From positions 12,163 through 76,162 of the forward strand of contig JADFYJ010000009.1 of assembly GCA_015233115.1 (NCBI GenBank): a stretch of 64,000 nucleotides of DNA, read 5' to 3'. Numbering within the stretch: the stretch's first letter is position 1; each line of letters starts with the position of its first letter. A program made the position numbers and the translations under genes. The notes under the pieces are model-generated. The model did no database searches. It saw nothing but the letters and a program-made list of their open reading frames with translations, and had not been told where the DNA came from. The stretch is from Candidatus Omnitrophota bacterium (GTDB lineage Bacteria > Omnitrophota > Gorgyraeia > Zapsychrales > Zapsychraceae). Shown here piece after piece: positions 29,245 through 40,902 of the stretch.

Positions 29245-30254
29245 AAAAATTTATTTTAATAATTACTATTGTCATTATCGTCCTAGTCGCCTATCTTGTT
29301 TTACCTAAAACATATTCTCAGACTCGTTCGATGATGGGCTCCTATGTCCGCATCGATATATGCTCAAATTGGCCTGCTGCAAAGATTAATCAGATTTATA
29401 GTGAAATCTGGAAAGGGATTAATGAGCGGGTTCAGCGGTTTGATAAATATTCTGCGAATAGTGAGATTTCGATAATTAATAGGTCGTTTCCAGATCCGGT
29501 AAAAATTTCCGATGATCTTTATGAATTACTTAACACTTCGGTTCAATTTTCTCAGTTGACCCAAGGCGGTTTTGATATTACAGTCGAACCATTGATCGGG
29601 ATTTGGAAAAAAGCTGAAGAAAAAAATATCCTACCTTCTGCGGATGATATATCAATAGCAGTGGCGGCGATAGGCAGTAATGCCCTTAATCTTATGGGTA
29701 ATGATATGGTCCGATTACGGAACCCCATTGTAAAATTAGATGTGGGCGGTATTGCGAAAGGCTATATTGTCGATTGGGTGGTTAGTGACTTGCATGAGCA
29801 TGGTCTTAAAAATTTTTTAGTTGATGCCAGTGGAAATATGTACGCATCGGGTATTAATAGTAGTTATAAACCGTGGACCATTGGTATTGAAGATCCTCAT
29901 TCAAATATGGCGGCTCTGGCCGTTATTCGATTATCTGATGAAGCCATTTCAACTTCAGGAGACGAGCATCGATATTATAATATTAATGGGAAGCATTATT
30001 CACACATCATTAACCCGCATACCGGACAACCAGTTTTAAATATGAGCAGTGTGACTGTGTTGGCCCCGACCGCAGGCGCTGCGGATGCGTTGTCGACAGG
30101 GCTAAGCGTGCTGGGTGTGGCTGATGGATTAGCTTTGATCGAGTCATTGGGACCAGGTTATGCTTGTTTTATATTGACCATGAATGGTACAGATCGTCAG
30201 ACATTTTTTTCAAGTCATTATAAAGATTTCAATCAAAAAGGCGAGAGGCTATAG
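29241..30254 (+). CDS. apbE: FAD:protein FMN transferase
   Basis: FDITV, DVGGIAKGY, STSG, HIINPHTG, ADALST. Confidence 0.93.
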   Translation: MKKFILIITIVIIVLVAYLVLPKTYSQTRSMMGSYVRIDICSNWPAAKINQIYSEIWKGINERVQRFDKYSANSEISIINRSFPDPVKISDDLYELLNTSVQFSQLTQGGFDITVEPLIGIWKKAEEKNILPSADDISIAVAAIGSNALNLMGNDMVRLRNPIVKLDVGGIAKGYIVDWVVSDLHEHGLKNFLVDASGNMYASGINSSYKPWTIGIEDPHSNMAALAVIRLSDEAISTSGDEHRYYNINGKHYSHIINPHTGQPVLNMSSVTVLAPTAGAADALSTGLSVLGVADGLALIESLGPGYACFILTMNGTDRQTFFSSHYKDFNQKGERL

Positions 30255-30454
30255 GCGATAGGCAATTAAAATTATTTTATTTATTTGTTATTTAAAATGG
30301 TTTTTTTGAAAAACGATTAATGCGCACGGTTAGGAGATCGTAAATAACATAATTATCGCTTTTTTATCATTTGTCTTTTATAATTTATTTTCAATCATTC
30401 GTTAGGTGCAGTTATACTTTTTTCGTTTTTTTGTAATCGTTTATGTGCTTTTTC

Positions 30455-30480
30455 GTAGGGGCGATCTCCTGATCGCCCGT
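30455..30480 (+). repeat. GTAG-type REP gtaggggcgatcNcNNgatcgcccg (also ~44708, 45362, 46651, 46740, 46829, 50624, 50728 inverted, 57011)
   Basis: Recurrent GTAG-preceded palindrome. Confidence 0.85.
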
Positions 30481-30552
30481 TACAAAATTATCGCATTTTA
30501 AATCAATCATTTTTTCCTATGGCCTATAGCCTATTTTTAAAAAAGGACTTTT

Positions 30553-31368
30553 ATGCGACAATATTTAGATTTAGTCCAACATGTGCTCGATAACGGGGAA
30601 AAGAAAGAAGACCGTACGGGCGTGGGGACGATTTCTGTTTTTGGATATCAAATGCGATTTGATTTGAGACAGGGGTTTCCGATCGTCACCACCAAAAAAG
30701 TTTTATTTTCTGCTGTGGTTCGGGAATTGGTTTGGTTTTTAAAAGGTTCAACCAATATCAACGATGACCTCACCCAATTTACCCCCATCTGGGACGCCTG
30801 GGCCAAAGAAAATGGGGAGTTGGGTCCTGTTTATGGTTATCAATGGCGTAAGTGGGATAAATTTATGCCTGATACGACTGGGCATAACTATCAACCAAGC
30901 CATGTTGATCAAATTTCAAATGTGATTGAAATGATTAAAAAAACACCTGATTCCCGTCGTTTAATTGTGAGCGCGTGGAATGTGGCAGACATTGATCGTA
31001 TGGCTTTGCCGCCGTGTCATGCATTTTTTCAATTTTATGTTGTGAATGGCCGTTTGGATTGTCAACTCTACCAGCGTTCTGCGGATATTGCTTTGGGAGT
31101 ACCATTTAATATTTCCAGCTACGCGCTGTTGTTGGCTATGGTGGCGCAGGAATGTGGTTTGATTGCGGGTTTTTTTGTCCATACTTTAGGGGATGCCCAT
31201 ATTTATTTAAATCATATTGAAGGTTTGAAAGAACAGTTGAAACGGGTTCCTAAAAATTTACCTTTACTTCATGTGGCGAATAAAAAAGTTTTAGATTTGA
31301 AGTTTGAAGATATTGAATTGAGGGGTTACGAACATGCTCCGTTTATAAAATTTCCAATTGCCGTATGA
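30553..31368 (+). CDS. thyA: Thymidylate synthase
   Basis: [32 protein letters not shown]. Confidence 0.97.
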   Translation: MRQYLDLVQHVLDNGEKKEDRTGVGTISVFGYQMRFDLRQGFPIVTTKKVLFSAVVRELVWFLKGSTNINDDLTQFTPIWDAWAKENGELGPVYGYQWRKWDKFMPDTTGHNYQPSHVDQISNVIEMIKKTPDSRRLIVSAWNVADIDRMALPPCHAFFQFYVVNGRLDCQLYQRSADIALGVPFNISSYALLLAMVAQECGLIAGFFVHTLGDAHIYLNHIEGLKEQLKRVPKNLPLLHVANKKVLDLKFEDIELRGYEHAPFIKFPIAV

Positions 31369-31462
31369 TAAAATGCGGTATATTTTGTGTTTTACTGTTA
31401 AATTTTCTGTTTTGCTACATACGACATGCTACGTACTACATGCTTTTTAGATTAGGAGATTA

Positions 31463-32020
31463 ATGATGAAATCCTTTAGTATTGTTGTCGCTATTGATCA
31501 AAATCGTGGAATTGGTAAGGAAGGAGCTCTTCCTTGGCATATTCCTGAAGATTTGGGATATTTTAAGCAGATTACCTCCTTTACTGTAAAGCCTGATTTG
31601 AAAAATGCGGTTATTATGGGGCGTAAGACTTGGGAATCGATCCCTGAACGTTTCCGACCATTAAAGGGAAGGGTTAATGTCGTAGTATCCAGAAATGATC
31701 AGCTGGTTTTACCAGGAGGTGTTTTTCGTGCTGAAAATGTTGACCATGCTTTGCGAATTTTAGATCAGGAGCAAATCATTGCGGATATTTTTGTCATTGG
31801 CGGTCAACAGATTTATGAACAGACGGTTAAACATCCGCGTTGCGAGAAGCTATATATTACGCGTATTAATAAAATTTTTGATTGTTCAGTATTTTTTCCT
31901 GTTTTTGAAGATAAGTTTTCCTGTTTTTTAATCGCCCCTATGCGTTATTCTGTGGATACTCCCTTTCAATTTACAATATATAAGACTTGGGCTACCCCGT
32001 CGACAAAACTGCAGCAATAA
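31463..32020 (+). CDS. folA: Dihydrofolate reductase
   Basis: GIG..LPW, IMGRKTWESI, RPLKGR, IGGQQIY. Confidence 0.95.
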   Translation: MMKSFSIVVAIDQNRGIGKEGALPWHIPEDLGYFKQITSFTVKPDLKNAVIMGRKTWESIPERFRPLKGRVNVVVSRNDQLVLPGGVFRAENVDHALRILDQEQIIADIFVIGGQQIYEQTVKHPRCEKLYITRINKIFDCSVFFPVFEDKFSCFLIAPMRYSVDTPFQFTIYKTWATPSTKLQQ

Positions 32021-32294
32021 GACTTAGGACTTATTAGTTAAATTTTTTTATCTAAAATGTAATCGCTTTCTTTTAAAAAATAATTGTTGTAAGTCTATAT
32101 ATTTCAATGTGTTTTATTTTTGAGTTTGAAATTTTTTCAAAAATATATTGTTTTGGCGCTGTTTTTATTTAAATTTATGTTTTATAATTTTGATAAGCCA
32201 GAACACATTAAAGACGAAAAATTAAATTTTGTACGAGACTATTCTCGTGTTTTATATAATTTTGGATGAGCCAAAATAGTTTTAGAGGAGGCGT

Positions 32295-33479
32295 ATGCTC
32301 CAAAGTAAAACAAAACGGCATATCCTGATCGTCGATGATAATACAGCCGTCGCGGCTATGCTCAAAATGCTGCTTTTTTCCAGGGGTTTTGAGGTTGTCA
32401 TAGCTAAATCTGCCGCGACTATGTTTGAACAGATTTCTCCAGCCAGGACAGATCTTATACTCATGGATATTCTTTTGCCCAATGAAAATGGTTTGGATGT
32501 TCTTCGAGAATTAAAGGCTGATACACATACTCAAAATATTCCAGTTGTCATTTTAAGCGCTAAATCTTCCCAAACGGATATTATTGATGCTTTGTATTCC
32601 GGAGCAGAGGATTATTTAACTAAACCATTTAAATTTGAAGAATTGCTAGCTCGGTTGGAAGCCATTTTGCGGCGTTCCCAGTTTTATAGTGGCAATAATT
32701 CGGCGCGGCATGAAGATTGCGTCATATCTCAGATTCGGGAAATTATTGATAATGAGTTAATGGTTTCTTTTTATCAGCCCATATTTTTATTGGGGAGTTG
32801 CAAAATATATGGATTTGAAGCGTTAGCCCGTCCACAAACGACCGGACTGTTGGCTAATCCGGAAATTCTTTTTAAATGGGCCATGCAATATGGGTTTTAT
32901 TCTGATTTGGAAATGCTATCCTGGCAGATGGCAGTAAAAGCGGCTAGAGAAAAGATTGGTAATAAAAAATTATTTTTAAATTGCAGTCCATTTTGGGTTG
33001 AAGATACCCGGTTTATAGAAGTTAATTCTATTTTTAAAGATACAGGAATTAAGCCGGAAGGCGTAGTATTAGAAATTACGGAACGCTCTGCGATATCAAA
33101 TGACGATCGTTTTTTTGAACATTTGGCCATTTACCGGGATAATGGTTTTAGTTTTGCGGTTGACGATGTGGGAAGCGGATACGCTAGTTTGGAATCAATT
33201 GTCAGAACGCGCCCGGAAGTTTTAAAGATTGATCGGCATATTGTGACCAATATTTTTAAAGATCCTATCAAAATGAGTATCGTCAGATTTATTGTTCGTT
33301 TTTGTCAGGAAAACCATATACTTTCTATTGCGGAAGGGGTAGAAAAAAAAGAAGAGTTGACTGCTGTTAAACAATTAGGTGTTGATGCTGTTCAAGGTTA
33401 TTATCTTGCCAAACCATCCAATCAAATTGATCTGGAAGACATGGAGCGCTCCGTGTTCGACCGGATAGCCATCGCGTAA
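32295..33479 (+). CDS. Response regulator receiver-EAL phosphodiesterase
   Basis: ILIVDD..DLILMD..KPF; YQPI, EAL, DDVGSGY, KID, QGY. Confidence 0.92.
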   Translation: MLQSKTKRHILIVDDNTAVAAMLKMLLFSRGFEVVIAKSAATMFEQISPARTDLILMDILLPNENGLDVLRELKADTHTQNIPVVILSAKSSQTDIIDALYSGAEDYLTKPFKFEELLARLEAILRRSQFYSGNNSARHEDCVISQIREIIDNELMVSFYQPIFLLGSCKIYGFEALARPQTTGLLANPEILFKWAMQYGFYSDLEMLSWQMAVKAAREKIGNKKLFLNCSPFWVEDTRFIEVNSIFKDTGIKPEGVVLEITERSAISNDDRFFEHLAIYRDNGFSFAVDDVGSGYASLESIVRTRPEVLKIDRHIVTNIFKDPIKMSIVRFIVRFCQENHILSIAEGVEKKEELTAVKQLGVDAVQGYYLAKPSNQIDLEDMERSVFDRIAIA

Positions 33480-33702
33480 AACATGTAACAATGCAAAATC
33501 GGATAATCGTAAAGCGATTTGTTCCTAATAATCGGCTGTTACCAAATTAATGCTTTTGTATTTATATTTGAATCAATTCACTATTATTTTGAATTTTTAA
33601 TAATTGTATATAAAATAAAATAAATGGTTTTTTGAGTTAATCAGTTTTTTTGTTTTATCGTTTTTTCATTTTCGCATTGTCAAGTTTTTAAAAGGGGTTC
33701 CC

Positions 33703-34671
33703 ATGGCGAGTGTATTATTTTTATTGTTGATTATCATCGTTGCCGCGGCATTATGTGCTGTTTCCGAAGCGGCGTTGTTAAGTTTATCTTCGATTAAAGT
33801 GAGACTCATGGTCGAAGATAATAAGCCCAATTCTAAAGATTTATTTTTTTTGAAGGAAAATATTTCGCAGTCCATTGCGTCGATTGTTATTCTTAACAAT
33901 ATTATTACTATTGTTGGATCGATTTTTATTGGTGAATTGGTGGTTATTCGATTTGGGAATAAATGGCTGGGATGGACATCTGCCATTGTGACCATGTTGA
34001 TCATTGTATGCGGCGAGATTGTGCCTAAGACTTTTGGAGAGCGGTATAAAGAAACGATTGGTTTAATTATTGCCAAACCATTCCGTTTTATTGTTTGGGT
34101 TTTAAAACCTGTGGTTTTTTTAACCACGCAATTATCTAAGCCTTTTATTGAAGGCAAGACTGCGCCGCGGGTAACGGAAAAAGAAATTCGAGCGATGTTG
34201 TCATTGGCCCGGAAAGAAGGCACAGTTGAGAGGGACGAAGAGATTTTGTGTCATCGGGTGTTTAAATTGAATGATGTGAGGGCTGTTCATATTATGCGGC
34301 CTATTGATAGTATTTTCGCTTTTTCTGCGGATAAGTCACTGGAAAATTTAAAAGATGAGATTATCAACGCGCGCTATAGCCGGATTGCTGTGTATGATAA
34401 AGATCCGGCAGATATTGTGGGAATGGTTCAGCATCGAGTTTTGTTAAGGGAAATAGCTAAAGATAATTATAAAGCAACAGTTAGGGATTTTATGGTGCCT
34501 CCAATTTTTGTGAATTGGTTTATCCGCGCGGATGAACTGTTGGAAAAATTTCAGGCCTATCATCAGCATTTATTTGTAGTACAAGATTCACAAGGGAAAG
34601 ACGTGGGCTTGGTTTCGATGGAAGATGTTTTGGAAGAACTGTTTGGGGAGATTTTTGATGAAAAAGGGTGA
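33703..34671 (+). CDS. CNNM(DUF21)-CBS membrane protein (HlyC/CorC family)
   Basis: SEAAL, GEIVPK, YSRI, EDVLEELFGEI.DE. Confidence 0.9.
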   Translation: MASVLFLLLIIIVAAALCAVSEAALLSLSSIKVRLMVEDNKPNSKDLFFLKENISQSIASIVILNNIITIVGSIFIGELVVIRFGNKWLGWTSAIVTMLIIVCGEIVPKTFGERYKETIGLIIAKPFRFIVWVLKPVVFLTTQLSKPFIEGKTAPRVTEKEIRAMLSLARKEGTVERDEEILCHRVFKLNDVRAVHIMRPIDSIFAFSADKSLENLKDEIINARYSRIAVYDKDPADIVGMVQHRVLLREIAKDNYKATVRDFMVPPIFVNWFIRADELLEKFQAYHQHLFVVQDSQGKDVGLVSMEDVLEELFGEIFDEKG

Positions 34672-34776
34672 GAAAAAAAATAATTTGGTGTTTTGGTTTT
34701 TTGTGTTATAATCGAATCTTAACTTATTGTCATTATTTGACTTAATGAATGTTTTATTGACGTTTTTGGGGGAAAA

Positions 34777-36762
34777 ATGGCCAATGTAATTCCGCATAGT
34801 CTCTTAACTGAGCAAGACATTTACCTATTTAAAGAAGGCAGTCATTTCCGCCTCTATGAACACCTTGGTGCCCGATTATTGAATGTTAATGGGCAAGATG
34901 GGGCGTTTTTCGCTGTTTGGGCTCCCAATGCGAAATTTGTTTCTGTAGTTGGCAGTTTTAATGGTTGGAATAGAGCCGAACATCCTTTAAATGTGCGGTG
35001 GGATTGTTCCGGTATTTGGGAAGGTTTTATTCCTGGGGTCAAGCAGGGGGACATATATAAATTTTATATGGAATCTCTGCAACACAATTTTAAGACAGAG
35101 AAAAAAGATCCTTTTGGCTCATTTAGCGAGAAGCCTCCGCAAACTGCGTCTATGGTTTGGGATCTGAGTTATACTTGGGAAGATTCCGCGTGGATGGCTA
35201 ATCGCGGCAAACGCAATGCTTTAAACGCGCCTTTTTCTGTTTATGAAATGCATTTAGGTTCTTGGCGAAAGAAACCTGAAGAGAACAACCGTTATCTTAC
35301 CTATACTGAAATTGCGGAACAATTAATTCCCTACATTAAAGAAATGGGTTTTACGCACGTTGAATTCATGCCTGTTATGGATCACCCGTTTTATCAGTCA
35401 TGGGGCTATCAAGTGCTGGGTTATTTTGGCCCAACTCCTTTTTATGGCACACCGCAGGAATTAATGTCTTTGATAGATCAGCTCCACCAAAATGACATAG
35501 GGGTTATTTTAGATTGGGTGCCGTCGCATTTTCCGTTTGACGCGCACGGATTATATTTTTTTGACGGATCACATGTGTATGAGCATAGTGACCCCAGAAA
35601 AGGCGTGCATCCTGACTGGAATTGCTGTGTATTTAATAATGGACGAAATGAAGTTAAAGAATTTTTGATTTCGAGCGCGTTATTTTGGCTGGATAAATAT
35701 CATGCGGATGGTTTAAGGGTTGATGCGGTCGCGTCCATGTTGTATTTGGATTATTCTCGTCAACATGGCGCATGGTCACCGAATATTTATGGCGGGAACG
35801 AAAATCTGGAATCTATTGTTTTTATTAGGGCGCTCAATGAAAATGTTTATAAATTTTATCCTGACACGCAAATGATCGCTGAAGAGTCAACCGCTTGGGG
35901 TAATGTGTCTCGCCCCACAGTCAATGGAGGGCTTGGATTCGGTATGAAGTGGAACATGGGCTGGATGCATGACACTCTCGAGTATTTTAAAAAAGATCCG
36001 GTTTACCGTAAGTATCATCAAAATGAGCTCACTTTTAGTATGCTTTACGCGTATACTGAAAATTTTTTACTTTCATTGTCGCATGATGAAGTGGTCCATG
36101 GCAAAGGTTCTTTATTAACTAAAATGCCGTGTGATGATTGGCAGAAATTCGCGAATTTACGAGCACTTTTGACTTATATGTACGCCCATCCGGGAAAGAA
36201 ACTTTTATTTATGGGTATTGAATTGGCCCAGCGTAATGAATGGAATAATAATGCGGCTTTGGATTGGCATTTACTTCAGCATGAATCTCATCGGGGCGTG
36301 CAGACATTGATGAAAGATATCAACCGGATATACCGATCTCAACCTGCGCTATATGAAGATGATTTTACGTTTAATGGTTTTGAATGGATCGATGCCGGGG
36401 ATTGGCAGAGGAGTATTGTTAGTTTTCTCCGTAAGGGTAAGCATAAAAAAGATACTGTTTTGGTGGTCTGTAATTTTACCCCATCGCCGCATTCCAATTA
36501 TAGGATAGGAGTTCCGGTTCCCGGTTTTTGGCAGGAAATTCTTAATTCAGATGCTAAAGAATATTGGGGCGCTGGAATGGGGAATATGGGAGGAGTGTTG
36601 TCGAAACCTGTCCCTCAGCATGGACGAAAACATAGTATAGCGCTTACATTACCACCGCTTAGTGTGGTCTATTATAAAAGACGCAGTCCTGTAATTGATC
36701 ATCCGTCATCAGCCGAGGATCCGGCAGATCTGACCTCATCGGACTCTTCGAAACACGCATAG
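34777..36762 (+). CDS. glgB: 1,4-alpha-glucan branching enzyme
   Basis: FAVWAPNA, DWVPSHF, RVDAVASM, AEEST, SHDEVVHGK. Confidence 0.97.
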   Translation: MANVIPHSLLTEQDIYLFKEGSHFRLYEHLGARLLNVNGQDGAFFAVWAPNAKFVSVVGSFNGWNRAEHPLNVRWDCSGIWEGFIPGVKQGDIYKFYMESLQHNFKTEKKDPFGSFSEKPPQTASMVWDLSYTWEDSAWMANRGKRNALNAPFSVYEMHLGSWRKKPEENNRYLTYTEIAEQLIPYIKEMGFTHVEFMPVMDHPFYQSWGYQVLGYFGPTPFYGTPQELMSLIDQLHQNDIGVILDWVPSHFPFDAHGLYFFDGSHVYEHSDPRKGVHPDWNCCVFNNGRNEVKEFLISSALFWLDKYHADGLRVDAVASMLYLDYSRQHGAWSPNIYGGNENLESIVFIRALNENVYKFYPDTQMIAEESTAWGNVSRPTVNGGLGFGMKWNMGWMHDTLEYFKKDPVYRKYHQNELTFSMLYAYTENFLLSLSHDEVVHGKGSLLTKMPCDDWQKFANLRALLTYMYAHPGKKLLFMGIELAQRNEWNNNAALDWHLLQHESHRGVQTLMKDINRIYRSQPALYEDDFTFNGFEWIDAGDWQRSIVSFLRKGKHKKDTVLVVCNFTPSPHSNYRIGVPVPGFWQEILNSDAKEYWGAGMGNMGGVLSKPVPQHGRKHSIALTLPPLSVVYYKRRSPVIDHPSSAEDPADLTSSDSSKHA

Positions 36763-36768
36763 GTTTAT

Positions 36769-39201
36769 ATGGATAAATTCATTTGCATACACGGACATTT
36801 TTATCAGCCGCCAAGGGAAAATCCTTGGTTGGAGGCTATTGAGGTCCAGGAATCAGCCTATCCTTACCGCGATTGGAACGAACGGATCATGGCGGAATGT
36901 TATGAGCCTAATACCGCTTCTCGTATTGTGGACGCAGAAGGCCGGATTGTTGATATTGTTAACAATTATTCGAAAATGAGTTTTAATTTTGGGCCAACCT
37001 TACTGTCGTGGATGGAGACGAATGCTCCAAAAGTTTATCAAGCGATTATTGACGCGGATAAAGAGAGCATGAAGAAATTTAATGGACATGGCTCTGCTAT
37101 CGCGCAAGTTTACAATCACATAATTATGCCATTGGCAAATACCAATGATCAATATACTCAAGTGTTATGGGGGATTAAAGATTTTGAATACCGGTTTGGC
37201 CGCAAACCCGAAGGGATGTGGTTGGCAGAAACGGCTGTGGACTTAGCAACGCTGGATATCATGGTTGAACTGGGTATTAAATTTACGATATTAAGTCCGT
37301 ATCAGGCAGCGAGTATCCGTCCCATAGATTCCGAAAGGGATTGGAGCGACGCGTCAGGGGGCAAGATCGATCCAAAAATTCCGTATTTATGCAAGCTGCC
37401 ATCAGGAAAGAGCATGGCGATCTTTTTTTATGATGGGCCTATTTCGCGGGATGTCGCTTTTGGAGAGATGTTAAAAAATGGGGAACTTTTCGCGCACCGT
37501 CTTTTGTCGGTTTTTCCGGCGCAGAGTGATGGGCCTTTGTTGTCGCATATATCGACGGACGGAGAAACATATGGTCATCATCAGAAGTTTGGGAATATGG
37601 CTTTGGCTTATTTGTTGGATTATATTGAACGGAATAATTTAGCTAAGATCACGATTTATGGCGAATTTTTAGAAAAATCCGCGCCGCGGCATGAAGTAAA
37701 AATTGTGGAGAAATCAGCGTGGAGCTGCAGTCATGGCGTGGGACGATGGGAATCGGATTGCGGGTGTTGTATTGCTCATAAAGCCGGTTGGAATCAGAAA
37801 TGGCGGCGTGGTTTGAGAGATGCCATGAATTGGCTGAGAGATGAGCTCAGAATAGTTTTTGAAAAAGAAATGGCAACTTTTACGTCAAATCCATGGTTGA
37901 TCCGGAACAAATATATCGAGGTTGTTTTAGATCGTTCCAAAGATAATGTGGATAAATTTTTTAAAGCAAATTTTAAGGACAATTTAGGCTTAAAAGAACG
38001 CGGTCAAATTTTGAAATTGTTGGAAATGCAACGTTATGCCTTATTCATGTTTACCAGCTGCGGCTGGTTTTTCGACGATATCTCTGGCCTTGAACCGGTG
38101 CAGATTATGCAATATGCGGCGCGGGCCATGCAATTGGCGCATGAATTTTCAGGCATTGATTTAGAACCGGGATATTTAGACCGAATTAAATTGGCAGAAA
38201 GTAATGTGCCGGGTCAATATAACGGAAAAAATATATATTTAAAACACGTCAAGCCGGCGATGATTGATTTATTAAAAGTCGGCGCGCATTACGCGATTTT
38301 TTCTTTATTCAGTAATAAAGCGGAAAAAAATCATTTTTATTCTTTTACGGCAGAACTGCAAAAATCTGAGCGCGAAGAACATGGGAGGCAAACTTTTTTG
38401 ACCGGACAAGCGGTTATTTTTTCCGATATAACCATGGACAAGAAAATGATTGATTTCGCGGTGGTTCATATGGGCGATCATAATATTATCTGTGGTGTCA
38501 GAGAGCATAAAAATGAAGATTTGTTTACGGCCGTACAGCAAAATGTGCGAAAGGCGTTTTTTCAGAATGATGTGGGCGCGTTAAAGGCCACTATCCATGC
38601 CAATTTTGGGCTGCATACATATACCTTGTGGGATTTATTTCATAATGAACAAGGGTTGGTCTTAAATAAAATTTTTGAAGAAACTGTGGGTTTAATTGAA
38701 GATAATTTTCGGCAGATTTATGATCAGTATTATCCGTTGATAAAATTACCTGATCAAATTAAGGTATCTTTGCCCAAGCCGCTAGCTATGACTGTAGAAT
38801 TTATTTTGAATCGTGATTTGATGGACGCTATTGAAAGCGATGAGCTGGATGTCCCTAAATTGGAACGGTTGGTTAATGAGATATTGCGGTGGGGATTTAT
38901 GAGGGATAAAGAAAGCATTGCTTTAAAGGCTGGGCATCGAATTGCGCATTGGATGGAGCGTTTAGCTCAAGATACGGATAATGTTTTGCTGATTGGAAAT
39001 ATTGAATCTATGATGCGGTTGTTGCACAAATTATCATTTAATTTAAATATTTGGCGATCACAAAATATATATTTTCAAATCGCGAAAGCGGTTCATCATG
39101 TAAAATATGAAAAAGCAGTCAAGAACGACACGCAAGCTAAATTTTGGATCGAGTCGTTTGATAAGTTAGGCAAAGTGTTACAGGTAAAATTAAAAAATTA
39201 A
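36769..39201 (+). CDS. GH57 / DUF3536 glycoside hydrolase
   Basis: HGHFYQPPRENPW, GMWLAE, DGETYGHH, FTSCGWFF. Confidence 0.9.
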   Translation: MDKFICIHGHFYQPPRENPWLEAIEVQESAYPYRDWNERIMAECYEPNTASRIVDAEGRIVDIVNNYSKMSFNFGPTLLSWMETNAPKVYQAIIDADKESMKKFNGHGSAIAQVYNHIIMPLANTNDQYTQVLWGIKDFEYRFGRKPEGMWLAETAVDLATLDIMVELGIKFTILSPYQAASIRPIDSERDWSDASGGKIDPKIPYLCKLPSGKSMAIFFYDGPISRDVAFGEMLKNGELFAHRLLSVFPAQSDGPLLSHISTDGETYGHHQKFGNMALAYLLDYIERNNLAKITIYGEFLEKSAPRHEVKIVEKSAWSCSHGVGRWESDCGCCIAHKAGWNQKWRRGLRDAMNWLRDELRIVFEKEMATFTSNPWLIRNKYIEVVLDRSKDNVDKFFKANFKDNLGLKERGQILKLLEMQRYALFMFTSCGWFFDDISGLEPVQIMQYAARAMQLAHEFSGIDLEPGYLDRIKLAESNVPGQYNGKNIYLKHVKPAMIDLLKVGAHYAIFSLFSNKAEKNHFYSFTAELQKSEREEHGRQTFLTGQAVIFSDITMDKKMIDFAVVHMGDHNIICGVREHKNEDLFTAVQQNVRKAFFQNDVGALKATIHANFGLHTYTLWDLFHNEQGLVLNKIFEETVGLIEDNFRQIYDQYYPLIKLPDQIKVSLPKPLAMTVEFILNRDLMDAIESDELDVPKLERLVNEILRWGFMRDKESIALKAGHRIAHWMERLAQDTDNVLLIGNIESMMRLLHKLSFNLNIWRSQNIYFQIAKAVHHVKYEKAVKNDTQAKFWIESFDKLGKVLQVKLKN

Positions 39202-39353
39202 AGAAAATAGAAGAGCGAAAAGAGAAAATAGAAAAACAAAAATCATAAATTGTTACGAAAAAAATATTTTTTATTATCAGTCGTTTTTTTGTTTGTCTAA
39301 CATCTATCGTCTATTTTCTATCTTCTTGTTAACTTAATTTTGAAAGGGTTGTT

Positions 39354-40847
39354 ATGAAAAAAGGCAGCGGGGTATTAGAACATATTACATCTCTTCCGTC
39401 AGAGTATGGGATTGGTGACCTGGGACCGCACGCTTATGAATTTGTGGATTTTTTACAGCAAAGCGGGCAAAAATATTGGCAGATATTGCCGCTTAATCCG
39501 ACCAGCGATGTTTTCAGCAATTCCCCTTACAGCAGTTGTTCCGCGTTTGGTTTGAACACGCTGTTGATCAGCCCTGATTCGATGATCGGCCGGGGATGGT
39601 TAAAAAAGAAAGAATTGGAAGAGCCGCGGTTTTCGACAGACCATGTTGATTTTCCATCAGTCCGGGCGTATAAACAAAAAATGTTTAAAATCGCTTATCA
39701 AAGATTTTGCAGTAATAGCGGTGGAACGTCCAAGGATTTTGTGAAATTTTGTCAGGAGAATTCTTATTGGCTGGATGATTTTGCGTTGTTTGTGGTTTTA
39801 AAAGAAATGGTGGGAGATCAGTTATGGAATACGTGGCCGGTGGAAATCCGTGACCGGGATCCTCGTATTATACGGGATCTAACACAAAAATATGCGTCCA
39901 AGATTGAAGAGGTAAAATTTCTGCAATTTGTTTTTTTTCATCAGTGGATGGATTTGAAGAAATATTGCAATCAAAAAGGCATTTCGATTATTGGTGATAT
40001 TCCTATTTATGTCGGCGAGGATAGCGCTGATGTATGGACTTATCCGCAGTATTATAAGCTTGATGAAAATAAGCGGCTTAAGTATGTCGCGGGGGTTCCA
40101 CCGGATTATTTTAGCAAGACTGGTCAGCGTTGGGGTAATCCGGTTTATGATTGGGATCACTTAAAGCAGGATGGGTTTAAATGGTGGCTGGATAGGATTA
40201 AATATAATTTAAAATTATTTGACGTGGTTCGGATCGACCATTTCCGCGGACTCGTGGGTTATTGGCAGATTCCCGCGTCTGAAGAAACGGCTATTAATGG
40301 TCAATGGATTCCAGTGCCAGCGCAAGAATTTTTTACAGCGGTGAAAGAACATTTCCCTCATCTACCGATCATTGCGGAAGATTTGGGTGTGATCACGGAT
40401 GATGTGGTGGCCATGATGGAACAATTTGGTTTTCCCGGTATGAAGATCTTAGTCTTCGCGTTTAATGGCGACATGGAAAATCATCCTTATTTGCCGCATA
40501 ATTACACGCGCCAGTGCGTTGTTTATACGGGCACACATGATAACAATACAGTTTTAGGTTGGTTTCAAAAAGAAGCGTCATTGCAGGAAAAAATGAACGT
40601 ATTTGAATATATTGGCAAACGGGTACCCCGTAAAGAAATTAATTGGGCGCTTATAAAACTTGCTCTTGAGTCATCTGCCCAGATTGCTTTGTTTCCCTTG
40701 CAGGATATTTTAAGTTTAGATCAAAAAGCGCGTATGAATGTTCCGGCTACCATCACTGGCAATTGGATTTGGCGCGCAGAAAAAGGAATGCTGACCCGCC
40801 AAATTGCTGAACGTTTACGCCAGTTGACGGTAAAAGCAAAACGGTAA
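39354..40847 (+). CDS. malQ: 4-alpha-glucanotransferase
   Basis: GIGDLG, WQILPL, GVPPDYFS, RIDHFRG, AEDLG, THDN. Confidence 0.96.
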   Translation: MKKGSGVLEHITSLPSEYGIGDLGPHAYEFVDFLQQSGQKYWQILPLNPTSDVFSNSPYSSCSAFGLNTLLISPDSMIGRGWLKKKELEEPRFSTDHVDFPSVRAYKQKMFKIAYQRFCSNSGGTSKDFVKFCQENSYWLDDFALFVVLKEMVGDQLWNTWPVEIRDRDPRIIRDLTQKYASKIEEVKFLQFVFFHQWMDLKKYCNQKGISIIGDIPIYVGEDSADVWTYPQYYKLDENKRLKYVAGVPPDYFSKTGQRWGNPVYDWDHLKQDGFKWWLDRIKYNLKLFDVVRIDHFRGLVGYWQIPASEETAINGQWIPVPAQEFFTAVKEHFPHLPIIAEDLGVITDDVVAMMEQFGFPGMKILVFAFNGDMENHPYLPHNYTRQCVVYTGTHDNNTVLGWFQKEASLQEKMNVFEYIGKRVPRKEINWALIKLALESSAQIALFPLQDILSLDQKARMNVPATITGNWIWRAEKGMLTRQIAERLRQLTVKAKR

Positions 40848-40902
40848 AAAATACCAAATATATTAGAACAAAATCTGCATTTATGTTAGAATCAACCCAG
40901 TT